Positions 28,194 to 37,559 of a stretch of 64,000 nucleotides of DNA are shown piece by piece. The stretch covers positions 516,951 to 580,950 of the forward strand of contig JACOST010000028.1 of assembly GCA_016178705.1 (NCBI GenBank). Reading direction: 5' to 3'. The notes under the pieces were generated by a model. The model did not search any database and had not been told where the DNA came from. It worked only from the letters and a program-made list of their open reading frames with translations. Position numbers and translations under genes: made by a program. The DNA is from Deltaproteobacteria bacterium. GTDB lineage: Bacteria; Desulfobacterota; Binatia; HRBIN30; JACQVA1. Numbering within the stretch: the first letter of the stretch is position 1; every line of letters starts with the position of its first letter.

Positions 28194-29882
28194 ATGGCCG
28201 TTGTCGATGGAGGCACTCTGGTCGGTCGAGTCCTGCGCGAACAGAATGTGAAGCATTTGTTCGCGATCAATGGCGGACACACGTTCCCGATTCTTGCGAA
28301 TCTGCGCAACAACGACATCAAGCTGATTCACATGCGGCACGAACAAGCGTGCGCGTACGCCGCCGATGCCTATGCGCGCACGACGGCGGGCGTCGGCGTG
28401 TGCAGCGTGACGGCGGGCTGCGGCCTGACCAACGCGGTGACTGGCTTGTGCGTGGCGGGACTGACGAACAGCGCCGTGGTGTGCATCGCCGGCCAGCATC
28501 CGACGACGGAGGACTACCTCGGTTCGTTCCAAGAGGCGTACGGCTCGGACGTCTGCCGCAGCTTTTCGAAGTACGTGAAGCGGGTGCTCGACTGGAGCAC
28601 GATCGAATTCGATTTGCGGCTGGCTTTCCGCGAAGCCCTCAGTCCGCCGCAAGGGGTGGGTTTGATCGAGATTCCCACCAACATTCTCTATCACGGCGAC
28701 GATGAGTCGAAGCAGCGCAAAGGCGCCAAGGTCTACGAGCCGGATGCCGTGCGCTCGCAAGGCGACCCGGCGCAAATCGAACGCGCGCTCGAACTGCTGG
28801 TGCGCGCGGAACGGCCGTTGATCGCGTGCGGCGATGGGATCTTCTGGTCACAGGCCGGCGCCGAGTTGCGCGAACTCGTCGACCTGACGCACATCCCAGC
28901 CTATGCGCGGCGAGCCGGGCAGGGTGCGATTGCCGAGGATCATCCGCTGGCGATCCGCGGCTCGTGGAAGAAGCCGTTCACCGGTCGCGCGGATGTGGTG
29001 TTGGCGATCGGCTTCCGCTTCTGGAGCGGCGAGCATTTCGGCGAGCCTCCGACATGGAACGACAAGGCGACCTATATCCAGGCCGATCCGGTGCCGAGCC
29101 GCATCGGGTGGCAGGTGCCGGCGGAAGTTGCGATCGTCGGCGATCCGAAGTTGGTGCTGCGCCAATTGATCGATACGGCCAAGCGCCTGAAGTTGGACTT
29201 CTCGCGTCAGCGCCAGTCGGCGTGGGTGAAGGAAGTCGCCGAGGTGCGTGCAAACTACGAGAACCTGATCGACGAGAGCGAACAGAAAGTGCGCGACCGC
29301 ACCCCTATTCATCCCGATCGACTGGCGCGCGATCTGTGCGCGGTGATGGACAAGGACGCCACGGTCGTCATCGACTCGTTCACGCTCAGCGGTTGGATGA
29401 CGCAGTGGTTCCGCGCTCGCTTTCCCGGACAAGTTGTCGATGCCGGTCCGCTGGCTCCGGTCGGTCATGGCGTCGGTATGGCGATCGGTGTGCAACTCGC
29501 GCGACCAGGTAAGCAAGTCGTGCTCGTCACCGGCGACGGCGGCCTCGGCATCGGCGGCTGGGACATCGAAACCGCGCTGCGCTACGATCTGCCAGTCCAA
29601 ACCGTGCTGTGGAACAACAGCTCATGGGGCCCGAGCTTTGAGCAGATGCCGTTGCTCAAAGGCCGCACCGATCCGTTCAACATGATCGAGAACATCCGGT
29701 ACGATCAGATGTTCAAGATCATGGGTTGTCACGGCGAGCACGCCGAGAAACCCGACGAGATCGTCCCGGCGCTCGAACGCGCGTTCAAGTCCGGCAAAGC
29801 GTCGCTGATCAACGTGGTTGGCGACAAACGCGTGGGGCATCCGCGCTTAGGCGGTAATCTGCTCGGATCGACGCAGGTCTGA
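28194..29882 (+). CDS. thiamine-pyrophosphate-dependent enzyme (acetolactate synthase/benzoylformate decarboxylase-like)
   Basis: Start ATG after GAAGGAG. TPP-binding motif GDGGLGIGGWDIETA...NN. N-terminal Pyr domain (…AINGGHTFPI…). Confidence 0.8.
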   Translation: MAVVDGGTLVGRVLREQNVKHLFAINGGHTFPILANLRNNDIKLIHMRHEQACAYAADAYARTTAGVGVCSVTAGCGLTNAVTGLCVAGLTNSAVVCIAGQHPTTEDYLGSFQEAYGSDVCRSFSKYVKRVLDWSTIEFDLRLAFREALSPPQGVGLIEIPTNILYHGDDESKQRKGAKVYEPDAVRSQGDPAQIERALELLVRAERPLIACGDGIFWSQAGAELRELVDLTHIPAYARRAGQGAIAEDHPLAIRGSWKKPFTGRADVVLAIGFRFWSGEHFGEPPTWNDKATYIQADPVPSRIGWQVPAEVAIVGDPKLVLRQLIDTAKRLKLDFSRQRQSAWVKEVAEVRANYENLIDESEQKVRDRTPIHPDRLARDLCAVMDKDATVVIDSFTLSGWMTQWFRARFPGQVVDAGPLAPVGHGVGMAIGVQLARPGKQVVLVTGDGGLGIGGWDIETALRYDLPVQTVLWNNSSWGPSFEQMPLLKGRTDPFNMIENIRYDQMFKIMGCHGEHAEKPDEIVPALERAFKSGKASLINVVGDKRVGHPRLGGNLLGSTQV

Positions 29883-29886
29883 GCGC

Positions 29887-31089
29887 TCAGATCGCGCCGC
29901 CGTCGCGCAGAGCGGCGATCTCCCGCGCTGACAAACCGAGCAACTCAGACAACACCTCGTCGGTATGTTGTCCGATCGTTGGCGGTGGCGTCACTGAGGG
30001 CTCCGGATCGTCCGAGAGTTTGATCGGCGTGCCGATCACCTTCACGCTGCCGCGTCCGGGATACTCGACCTCGCGCACGATGGCGCGTTCGACGAGGTGC
30101 GGATCGCGGCCGACTTCGGGGAGCGTCCGCACCGGTGCGCTGGGGATGCCGGCGGCGGCGACGGCGTGCGCCACGTCATCGCGGTTGCGAGTGATCGTCC
30201 ATTTTTCAACTTCGGCTTCGATCGTCTGCCAATCGGCGGCGCGCTCGGGCACGCCGTGCCAGCGCGCGTTGGCGAGCATGTCGGGACGGTCCATCAAGCG
30301 GCAGAGATCGAGCCAGTGTTGGTTCGACACGCACATGATGGCGACGTAGCCGCCATCGGCGCAGGGGAAGTTGTTGTACGGCGTGGCACCACCAACGACA
30401 TGCCGATTGCCGCTGCGAGTGATTTCCTGGTTCAGTTCGTAGAACGGCGCGAGATAGCTGAGCAGGGCGGGGACGGCGGCGTCGAACATCGCGACTTCGA
30501 CACGTTGCCCGCGTCCGGTTCGTTCGCGCTCCCGCAACGCAAGCAGGATTCCGGCGAGCAGATGCGTGGCGCCGAGCATATCGATGAACGTCGGTCCACA
30601 CTTCACCGGCGGTAAGTCGGGGTAGCCGGTGATGGCCATCGCGCCGACGAGGGCCTGAATGGTGAAGTCCATCGCGGGGTAGCCGACATATGGACCGGTG
30701 GTGCCGAAGCCGCTGCCAGAGGCGAAGACGAGGCGCGGATTGCGCACGCTGACCACGTCGTAGCCGATGCCGAGTCGTTCCATCACGCCGGCGGCGAAGT
30801 TTTCGACGATCACGTCTGCATGTTCGGTGAGCTGCAGAAACAGCTCGCGTCCGCGCTCGTGCTTGAGGTTGATGGTGACGCCGCGCTTGTTGGCGTTGAG
30901 CATGAGGAACGGATAGCTGGCGCCGCCGGGCGAGCGGTCCATGCGCCGCAAGACGTCGCCCTGCGGCGACTCGATCTTGATGACGTCGGCGCCGTGATGC
31001 GCGAGCAGGAGTGAGCAGTACGGGCCGTTGTAGATCTGCCCCAGTTCGAGCACGGTGAGGCCGGCGAGCGGTCGCGTCGACGCGGTCAT
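29887..31089 (-). CDS. family III CoA-transferase (CaiB/BaiF/formyl-CoA transferase-like)
   Basis: Start at internal ATG (MTASTRPLAGLTVLELGQIYNGPYCSLLLAHHGADVIKIE). Typical CaiB N-terminus and conserved Asp region. Confidence 0.8.
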   Translation of the reverse strand: MTASTRPLAGLTVLELGQIYNGPYCSLLLAHHGADVIKIESPQGDVLRRMDRSPGGASYPFLMLNANKRGVTINLKHERGRELFLQLTEHADVIVENFAAGVMERLGIGYDVVSVRNPRLVFASGSGFGTTGPYVGYPAMDFTIQALVGAMAITGYPDLPPVKCGPTFIDMLGATHLLAGILLALRERERTGRGQRVEVAMFDAAVPALLSYLAPFYELNQEITRSGNRHVVGGATPYNNFPCADGGYVAIMCVSNQHWLDLCRLMDRPDMLANARWHGVPERAADWQTIEAEVEKWTITRNRDDVAHAVAAAGIPSAPVRTLPEVGRDPHLVERAIVREVEYPGRGSVKVIGTPIKLSDDPEPSVTPPPTIGQHTDEVLSELLGLSAREIAALRDGGAI

Positions 31090-31211
31090 GATTGGGGGGG
31101 TGTAGCAGGTGTCGCCGGGCAGGGGCCAGCGGCGACGCAATTCAATACCCGGCTTGCGCTACCGCTGGCAGACGCTGATACTCGCGGCAAATCTCATCCG
31201 GAGGTGCTGTG

Positions 31212-31859
31212 ATGAAGCTCTACAACATGAACCTGAGCAACTTCGCTTCGAAGTGCCGGCTGGCGATCTACGAGAAGAACGCGCCGGTCGACATCGTCGC
31301 GATTCCCGGCGGCGAGTTGAAGTCACCCGAGTATTTGAAAGTCTACCCACTCGGGAAGACGCCGGCGCTGGAAGTGAACGGGCAGATCATCGGCGAATCG
31401 GAAGTCATCGTCGAATACTTCGAAGAGAAGTTTCCCGACAAGCCGTTGCTGCCGAAGGACCCCGAGAGCCGGGCGCGGTCGCGTGGCTTCGGCCGTTTCC
31501 ACGATCTGTATCTCGAACCACCGATCCGGGCGCTGTTCCCGCAAGTGGCGGCGAAGGAGAAGGATCAGAAGTTGATCGCCGACAAGCTGGCGGAAATCAA
31601 AACCCGCTTCGATCAACTCGAAGGCATGTTGTCGTCGGGGCCGTACGCGTTGGGGAGCGCGTTCACGCTGGCCGACTGCGCGGTGATCCCGACGATGTTC
31701 TTCGCTAACTTGCTGTTGCCGATGCTCGGTGGCGCGGCGCCGACCGAGGGGCGTCCGAAGCTCGCCGCATGGTGGGCCAAGGTGCAAGAGCGCCCCGCCG
31801 TGCAGAAGGTGCTCGGCGAGCAGCAGCAGGCTCTGATGGAGATGCAGCAGCGGCGGTAG
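31212..31859 (+). CDS. glutathione S-transferase
   Basis: N-terminal thioredoxin-like GST domain (MKLYNMNLSNFASKCRLAIYEK...YPLGKTPALEV). RBS GGAGGTG. Confidence 0.8.
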   Translation: MKLYNMNLSNFASKCRLAIYEKNAPVDIVAIPGGELKSPEYLKVYPLGKTPALEVNGQIIGESEVIVEYFEEKFPDKPLLPKDPESRARSRGFGRFHDLYLEPPIRALFPQVAAKEKDQKLIADKLAEIKTRFDQLEGMLSSGPYALGSAFTLADCAVIPTMFFANLLLPMLGGAAPTEGRPKLAAWWAKVQERPAVQKVLGEQQQALMEMQQRR

Positions 31860-31861
31860 GG

Positions 31862-31895
31862 GTCAGGGGCTAGGGGTTAGGGGTTAGGGTCTGGG
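31862..31895 (+). other. G-quadruplex-forming telomere-like motif (GGGGYTA)x4
   Basis: tcaggggctaggggttaggggttagggtctggg immediately after the GST stop. Four or more G-tracts of 3-4 nt separated by 3-nt loops. Confidence 0.4.
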
Positions 31896-32012
31896 AAACG
31901 GCCGGCGCCCTACGCGGGCGATGGTGTTGAGTGCCGCGTCGTCGATTGATGTGGCGATAGCTCGCGCCGCCTGAACGTAGGCATCTCGACTCATCGCACT
32001 GGAGGATCACTC

Positions 32013-32792
32013 ATGGGCTACGAATTCATCAAATACGAGAAGGACGGGCGCATCGCCCGCATCATGATCAATCGGCCGGAGGTGATGAATTCCCTGCACC
32101 CGATGGCGAATCAGGAACTGTCGGCGATCTTCGACGATTTCGCGGGCGATCCCGAGTGTTGGGTGGCGATCGTCACCGGCGCGGGTGAGAAGGCGTTCTC
32201 GGCGGGCAACGACCTGAAGTACTCGGCGCAGCACGGCATGGGTGCGGTATCGATGGGCAAGGGCGGTTTTGGCGGCCTCACCGCGCGCTTCGATTTGTTC
32301 AAGCCGGTGATCGCGGCGGTCAACGGCTTCGCGCTCGGTGGCGGGTTCGAGATCGCGCTCGCGTGCGACATCATCGTCGCCGCCGATCACGCCCGCTTCG
32401 GCTTGCCGGAGCCCAAGGTCGGCTTGGCGGCGCTGGCCGGCGGCATGCAGCGATTGCCGCGCCACATTCCGCCGAAAATCGCGATGGGTCTGATGCTCAC
32501 CGGCCGTCATCTGATGGCGGCGGATGCGCTCAAACTCGGCATCGTCAACGAGGTCGTGCCGTTTAAGGACTTGGCGGCCACGGCGGATCGCTGGGCGAAT
32601 GAGATTCTCGAATGCTCGCCAACCTCGGTGCGCGCCACTAAGCAGGTCGCACTCCTCAGCGAGGGGATGCCGCTCGAAGATTCGCTCAAGAAATCCTATC
32701 CGTTGGTCGGTGCCCTGTTCGGGTCGGAAGACATGATGGAGGGCGTTACAGCGTTTGCGCAGAAGCGCAAGCCGCAGTGGAAGGGGAAGTAA
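32013..32792 (+). CDS. enoyl-CoA hydratase/isomerase family protein
   Basis: Crotonase signatures (ARIMINRPEVMNS...AVNGFALGGGFEIALACD). Confidence 0.85.
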   Translation: MGYEFIKYEKDGRIARIMINRPEVMNSLHPMANQELSAIFDDFAGDPECWVAIVTGAGEKAFSAGNDLKYSAQHGMGAVSMGKGGFGGLTARFDLFKPVIAAVNGFALGGGFEIALACDIIVAADHARFGLPEPKVGLAALAGGMQRLPRHIPPKIAMGLMLTGRHLMAADALKLGIVNEVVPFKDLAATADRWANEILECSPTSVRATKQVALLSEGMPLEDSLKKSYPLVGALFGSEDMMEGVTAFAQKRKPQWKGK

Positions 32793-32821
32793 CCCTCGCC
32801 CCGTCAGGGGTGCCTAAGATG

Positions 32822-32860
32822 ACAGAAGCCCGAGGGAGATACTCTCCCTCGGGCTTCTGT
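32822..32860. terminator. bidirectional stem-loop terminator between crotonase (+) and tRNA-Gly (-)
   Basis: Perfect 16-bp inverted repeat agaagcccgagggaga-tact-tctccctcgggcttct. Confidence 0.5.
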
Positions 32861-32869
32861 GCTTGTCAG

Positions 32870-32943
32870 AGCGGGCGACCGGGTTCGAACCGGCGACTTC
32901 AACCTTGGCAAGGTTGCGCTCTAGCCAGCTGAGCTACGCCCGC
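32870..32943 (-). tRNA. tRNA-Gly (anticodon GCC)
   Basis: Reverse complement GCGGGCGTAGCTCAGCTGGCTAGAGCGCAACCTTGCCAAGGTTGAGGTCGCCGGTTCGAACCCGGTCGCCCGCT folds as a cloverleaf. 7-bp acceptor stem, TTCGAAC T-loop, anticodon loop TTGCCAA. Confidence 0.8.
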
Positions 32944-33041
32944 ACGCATCGGAATCTAGCGAAGGATTGCCGCGGAGTCAAAACAGACTGAACGAACAGG
33001 CGGAAACGAATACCAGGACGGCACTGCGCGTCTAATCGGCC

Positions 33042-33515
33042 ATGAATCGTATTGCGAAACACGAACTCCCCAAGCAGCGGGTCGCCGCGCGCATGCGCCG
33101 TTTGGGGCTTGCCGTCCGTTCCGTGCACTCCAACCTGGGACACGATCTGTTGGTCGACGATCATCTGCTGGTCAGTTTGCGCGTCGCCTTTCCCAGCGTT
33201 CGCCATCACCGCGTGCGTGTGGGTGGGCGCGAGTACCGTTATCGGTACCCCAGTTGGCACTTCAACTTTCACCACCACGGCGAGATGAAGGATCGCTATA
33301 CCGACTTTTTCGTCTGCGTCGCGGTGCCGCCGGCGAACGCAGCACGCGCCACGGAGATCTTTGTGATTCCCTGGGAGGGCCTGCGTGGTAAGACGTTCTC
33401 GTTGCACGCCGGCCGCCACCGCTACGCGGGGCAATACGCCTGCTATCGCGACGGTTGGGCGCAACTTGTTGAGGCGGTTCGGCGCGAAGCAACCCACCTC
33501 CGCGCGGTTGCCTAA
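33042..33515 (+). CDS. hypothetical protein (His/Arg-rich; possible nuclease-like fold)
   Basis: 157 aa, adjacent to tRNA-Gly. Segment GHDLLVDDHLLVSLRV weakly resembles a PD-(D/E)xK core. No confident family assignment. Confidence 0.35.
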   Translation: MNRIAKHELPKQRVAARMRRLGLAVRSVHSNLGHDLLVDDHLLVSLRVAFPSVRHHRVRVGGREYRYRYPSWHFNFHHHGEMKDRYTDFFVCVAVPPANAARATEIFVIPWEGLRGKTFSLHAGRHRYAGQYACYRDGWAQLVEAVRREATHLRAVA

Positions 33516-33684
33516 CCTCAGTCCGATAAAGGAGAGGAAACCGCCGATGTACGCCGATGAACGCAGATGCGGAATTCGGCGCGACTGGCGACTCATCGCG
33601 TGATCACCACATGCGCTCCGATCAGATTTAGCGATCTCTCCTGTCTTGGCGGAACGCTCTGATCGGCGGACATCGCGGAGATGG

Positions 33685-34125
33685 CTACGGAGTGACGGTG
33701 ATGGTCACCGAGTCGCTGTCGGTCCGCCCGTCGGGGTCGCGAATGGTAACGGTCGTGTTGTACTCGCCCGGCTTTTCGTAAACGTGGTTTGGGCTCTGCT
33801 CCTTGACGTGCGGCGTCCCATCGCCGAAGTCCCATTCGAAGAGGGAGGGTCCGTCGGTGCAGCCGCCTTCGGCCTGCATCGAAGCGTTGAACGGCGCCTT
33901 GCCTTCGATGTTGGGAGGTACGGCGACGACCGCGCAGTGCGGCGGCTCGGGCGTGGTCGGCACTTCCGGTGCGGCGACCCGGGGCGGCGGTGGCGGCGGC
34001 AGCTTGCCCTCGATTCGTCGTGGTTGCGGTGGCGGCGGGGCTTCGGTGCACGACCGGCACGACGAAAGCAGGACGGCCGTGGAAAGCAACAGACTGAGGA
34101 GCAACAAGCGGCGTACGGACGACAT
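33685..34125 (-). CDS. PKD-domain lipoprotein
   Basis: Signal peptide plus lipobox (LLSSC). Pro-rich linker. One PKD domain (WDFGDGT...NHVY...GEYNTTVTIRD). Confidence 0.7.
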   Translation of the reverse strand: MSSVRRLLLLSLLLSTAVLLSSCRSCTEAPPPPQPRRIEGKLPPPPPPRVAAPEVPTTPEPPHCAVVAVPPNIEGKAPFNASMQAEGGCTDGPSLFEWDFGDGTPHVKEQSPNHVYEKPGEYNTTVTIRDPDGRTDSDSVTITVTP

Positions 34126-34188
34126 AGCGGCACTTTGTAGCGGGGCGGAGGCGGGGGCGTCAAGCCATCGTGGTCACCCTGTCGATGG

Positions 34189-34977
34189 TCAGTCCGTCGG
34201 CTCCTCTCCGTTGGGTTCGGTCTGCTCGGGTTCATCCACTTGGATTTCGATCTCCTTGCTGCCCTGCTGCCCGTTGGTGTGGGTGACCGTGAGCTTCAGC
34301 GTGTAGGTCCCCGCCGCGATGTAGACGTGTTCCGCGTTCTTGCCGCGCGTCGAGCCGCCGTCACCGAACGACCACTCGTACGCGGCCACATCGTTCTCCA
34401 TATCGTCCGGGACCACAGCGGACAGTTTCGTTTTCAGCGGCGCCGGGCCGATGTCGGGATCGGCTTCGATGTCGACGTCGAAGCCTTCCTCGGTGACGTC
34501 GATGCTGAACTCGCGCGTCTCGTCGATCTCCGGTCCGGCGAGCGTCAACACCGCCGTGTATTCGCCTGCGTTGCGATAGCGGTGGATGGGGCTCTTGACG
34601 GTCACCGGCGGGCTGGCGTCGCCGAAGTCCCAGCGGAAGGTGAGACCCGCAGGCGGATCCTCGATGGTGAGCGTGAACTCGACATCGAGAGGCGCGCCGC
34701 CGGAGGTTGGTTCGGCGTCGGCGTCGAAAGTGAAACCGCTCCCCGGCTCGTCGGCGCTGTCGTCGGACTCCTCGGCGGGCGGCGCGGTTGGGGCGATGAT
34801 GAGTCCGGCTCCCATCGACGGGGCGACGATGCGTCCGGCCGCGGGTACCGCAGCGGAATCACTCACGTCAGCGTCGCCTGCCCCGCCGCAACCGATGAAG
34901 CGGCAGCCCATCAGTGCGAGGCACAAGAGCAATGGCGCTTGCGTGATCCAGTGGCGCGCGCGCGCGTTCCGATTCAT
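34189..34977 (-). CDS. tandem PKD-domain lipoprotein
   Basis: Lipobox LALMGC. Two PKD repeats (FRWDFGDASPP...HRYRNAGEYTAVLT and YEWSFGDGGST...HVYIAAGTYTLKLTVT). Acidic C-terminus. Confidence 0.7.
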   Translation of the reverse strand: MNRNARARHWITQAPLLLCLALMGCRFIGCGGAGDADVSDSAAVPAAGRIVAPSMGAGLIIAPTAPPAEESDDSADEPGSGFTFDADAEPTSGGAPLDVEFTLTIEDPPAGLTFRWDFGDASPPVTVKSPIHRYRNAGEYTAVLTLAGPEIDETREFSIDVTEEGFDVDIEADPDIGPAPLKTKLSAVVPDDMENDVAAYEWSFGDGGSTRGKNAEHVYIAAGTYTLKLTVTHTNGQQGSKEIEIQVDEPEQTEPNGEEPTD

Positions 34978-35271
34978 CGCGAGTCATTTACTGGGGCCGC
35001 AGCGGGTGTGTCAATTCGCCGAGCGCTCGCTCGTCCTCACGGAGAGCCAGATTCGGAGGAAGAGAACTCAACGCAAAGTCGCCACGGCGCAAAGGCGCAA
35101 GGCGAGTATTCTTTGAAGGAGGGCTCATCCCTCTGAGCTACTACTCCCGAAAGTCGTTGTGCATCGCGAAGCGTTTTGCCAGCCACCTTCGACTTTGGAC
35201 TTTGAACCTTGAACTTCGGATTGAGGCTCGGTTGCGTGGGTACAGGGCGTATGTTAGCTGACCGCACGCGC

Positions 35272-35344
35272 GGCGGCGTACCCAAGTGGTTAAGGGAGGG
35301 GTCTGCAAAACCCCGATGCAGCGGTTCGAATCCGCTCGCCGCCT
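35272..35344 (+). tRNA. tRNA-Cys (anticodon GCA)
   Basis: GGCGGCGTACCCAAGTGGTTAAGGGAGGGGTCTGCAAAACCCCGATGCAGCGGTTCGAATCCGCTCGCCGCCT. Acceptor GGCGGCG/CGCCGCC, anticodon loop CTGCAAA, T-loop TTCGAAT. Confidence 0.8.
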
Positions 35345-35371
35345 TTCTCGCCTGTATGCCCGGACCGGCCG

Positions 35372-35456
35372 GCCGGGGTGGTGGAACTGGCAGACACACA
35401 GGACTTAAAATCCTGTGGGGGTTTCCCCCGTGCGGGTTCGAGCCCCGCCCCCGGCA
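35372..35456 (+). tRNA. tRNA-Leu (anticodon TAA), type II with long variable arm
   Basis: GCCGGGGTGGTGGAACTGGCAGACACACAGGACTTAAAATCCTGTGGGGGTTTCCCCCGTGCGGGTTCGAGCCCCGCCCCCGGCA. Anticodon loop CTTAAAA. Variable arm GGGGGTTTCCCCC. Confidence 0.8.
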
Positions 35457-35542
35457 CTTGCACTAACAGCCGCCCGGCGCGACGTTGCAGATAGTAGAGG
35501 ACGTGCGCTATAGCCCCGTCTTCAGCGCAGGGGCGATAGCCA

Positions 35543-36523
35543 ATGCCATTTTTCCTTCGCAAGGCGATGACGTTCGGTCCGCTTCGACTGAACGTATCCA
35601 AGTCGGGTCTCGGGGTGTCAGTCGGCGTCAAGGGCGCGAGGATAGGGATTCGCGGTTCAGACGGCCAGCCGTACGTGCACGGCGGGCGGTACGGGTTGTA
35701 CTACAGGCAGAATCTGGGGTCGGTGAAGCCGGGCGGTGGTGGCACCAGCCAAGGGACGCGTCCCGTGAAGCGTGATGCTGAAGCTCAGATCGAGCGCGCT
35801 ACTGCAATTGTTGTTGAAGTGCTTGAGGAAACACGTGACGACTGGCTCCCTACCTTCCGGTACGAACTCGATATCACGTTGCACCCGAGTGGAAAATTTG
35901 AGGATGAGGACTCCGCGACGACGAAAGAGAAGAGACGACTTGCCGACGAATTGGTGGAAGAGGCTCAAGGGCGGCTCACGCGTGAGGGCTTCCCGGTCGG
36001 CGACGAAAAGTTCGATCGAGTGACTGGCGCTACCCTAAGCGAATTGATGCTACAAATGGCCTTTCCCGTGGAGTCGCGTCAGCCGTGGGGCGTGGAGCTC
36101 GACGACATGCTCGGCAGAGTCGCGGACGTGGCCACGCAAATTGTGCATCTACGCAGGTTCGATACATGGGCAAGAGTGGCTCCAGGCGGCCAACTACCCA
36201 CCGACCAACGGGTATGGAGTCAGCGGGTAGGGGATGTAGCGATGGAATTGAATAATATCATCATGCTTGAGTTGAAACGCCAAGGGCTGGTGCTGGAGAG
36301 CAATCCGATCTACCTGGCGCGTCTCAACGACGTAGCCGCCGACGTGGTGGGAGCGAGCATCTTGCACCCCACACCCGATGTGATCTCGTGGCACCACCAG
36401 GGTTGCCCACCCAGAGGAGCCGCCCCCTCGGTCGACCCAGAGCAACAAATGAAGGCGGACCCTGAGTTGGCGCAGCCCGCGCCACAGCTTCACGGCGGGG
36501 TCATGGCCGTATGGCTTTTCTAG
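35543..36523 (+). CDS. DUF4236-like N-terminal domain protein (hypothetical)
   Basis: N-terminus MPFFLRKAMTFGPLRLNVSKSGLGVSVGVKGARIG matches the FRxRKSxKxGPxRxNLSKSGxSxSxG pattern of DUF4236. Remainder unassigned. Local GC drops to about 50-55%. Confidence 0.5.
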   Translation: MPFFLRKAMTFGPLRLNVSKSGLGVSVGVKGARIGIRGSDGQPYVHGGRYGLYYRQNLGSVKPGGGGTSQGTRPVKRDAEAQIERATAIVVEVLEETRDDWLPTFRYELDITLHPSGKFEDEDSATTKEKRRLADELVEEAQGRLTREGFPVGDEKFDRVTGATLSELMLQMAFPVESRQPWGVELDDMLGRVADVATQIVHLRRFDTWARVAPGGQLPTDQRVWSQRVGDVAMELNNIIMLELKRQGLVLESNPIYLARLNDVAADVVGASILHPTPDVISWHHQGCPPRGAAPSVDPEQQMKADPELAQPAPQLHGGVMAVWLF

Positions 36524-36920
36524 CCCTTTTGTTTTCCTATCTTGTGGTTGTTTTGGCCAAATAGGTGGCGATCCGGTTGCATCGAGACGCTTGCGGACAA
36601 GTCAACAATACAGTTGAGCTAGACGGGAAGGACGTGGCGCTGCGAACCAGCCCAGCCAGCGCCGGTAACCCGCCAGAGGACACCAGCACCAAACGCTCAG
36701 GCCGCCGTGATCGCGGTCGGTCCGGGCCGCTAGTGCAACGCTCAGTCTTTCATCTGCCGATGTTCGAGCGAGGGTCGGTGATGGCAACGGCATTGGAGAA
36801 GTGCCGAGTGGCGCGTAGCGAGTCACCTGGTTTGCCCGTGCGTGATAGCTGCGCGATGTCGAGGAAAGAGGAGGCGCTCTTGGCCGCGGACGATCTACCT
36901 AGTACAAATGCTAGAGGTAC

Positions 36921-37559
36921 ATGGACACTACAGAAACCGCGAGGCTCCGGAGATTCGCGCTGACGGCGGCCCTCCTCCTCATTACCTACGTAGAGGCGGG
37001 AATCGTTGTCGAACCCGATGCACGGATCTCGGTGTTCGGTGTTCCGGTTCATGTCGGGCGCCCTGATCTGCTTCCTGCCGGGCTCGCGCTCGCGGCGCTC
37101 TGCGGCGGCCTCCGCTTTTACTACTACGGTCTCATGCTTGCGACGAGCCCGCATCGAAAGCGCAGAGAACTCCTCAACGGTCTCACGGCCCATTTCGACG
37201 AATACATCCGGCCAGGAAAACCCATCAAGCCCGGCGCGGTCGTCTCCGGCACCAAGATTCCAATGTACTGGGGGCCGCAGAAGTTCGAGACAGCATCGCA
37301 CTATGACGAAGAGCTTGTGCGGAAGCGCGCCATGGCCTTCGACAATGTATTTCCAAAATTCGCTTGCAAGCGCGCATCCGCGCGAGTCGTGGGTGAAACG
37401 TTTCTTGATGATGAGGGCGAAACACATCAAAACTACTGCGTTGAAGTCATCGTGCCTCTACGTTGTCGTGCCGCAGCGATCTTCGAGGATCTCGACTACA
37501 CGGCTCCAGCGTGGGTGAGTGCTTGCGCCTTCCTGCTCTTTCTCCGGACGCTTGCTTGA
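36921..37559 (+). CDS. hypothetical membrane protein (2-3 N-terminal TM helices plus soluble C-terminal domain)
   Basis: 212 aa. Hydrophobic segments FALTAALLLITYV and LLPAGLALAALCGGL. Reduced GC. Follows the DUF4236-like gene after a ~400-bp AT-richer spacer. Confidence 0.45.
   Translation: MDTTETARLRRFALTAALLLITYVEAGIVVEPDARISVFGVPVHVGRPDLLPAGLALAALCGGLRFYYYGLMLATSPHRKRRELLNGLTAHFDEYIRPGKPIKPGAVVSGTKIPMYWGPQKFETASHYDEELVRKRAMAFDNVFPKFACKRASARVVGETFLDDEGETHQNYCVEVIVPLRCRAAAIFEDLDYTAPAWVSACAFLLFLRTLA

Noticed and set aside
27591-28775. 394-aa minus-strand ORF spanning the RAYT, the REPs and the start of the TPP-enzyme gene
   Set aside because: Crosses palindromic repeats and two well-supported plus-strand genes. 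No domain signatures.
36565-36963. 132-aa plus ORF and 226-aa minus ORF (36750-37430) in the spacer after the DUF4236-like gene
   Set aside because: No motifs. They overlap the better-supported membrane-protein ORF 36921-37559. The region more likely holds promoter or UTR sequence.
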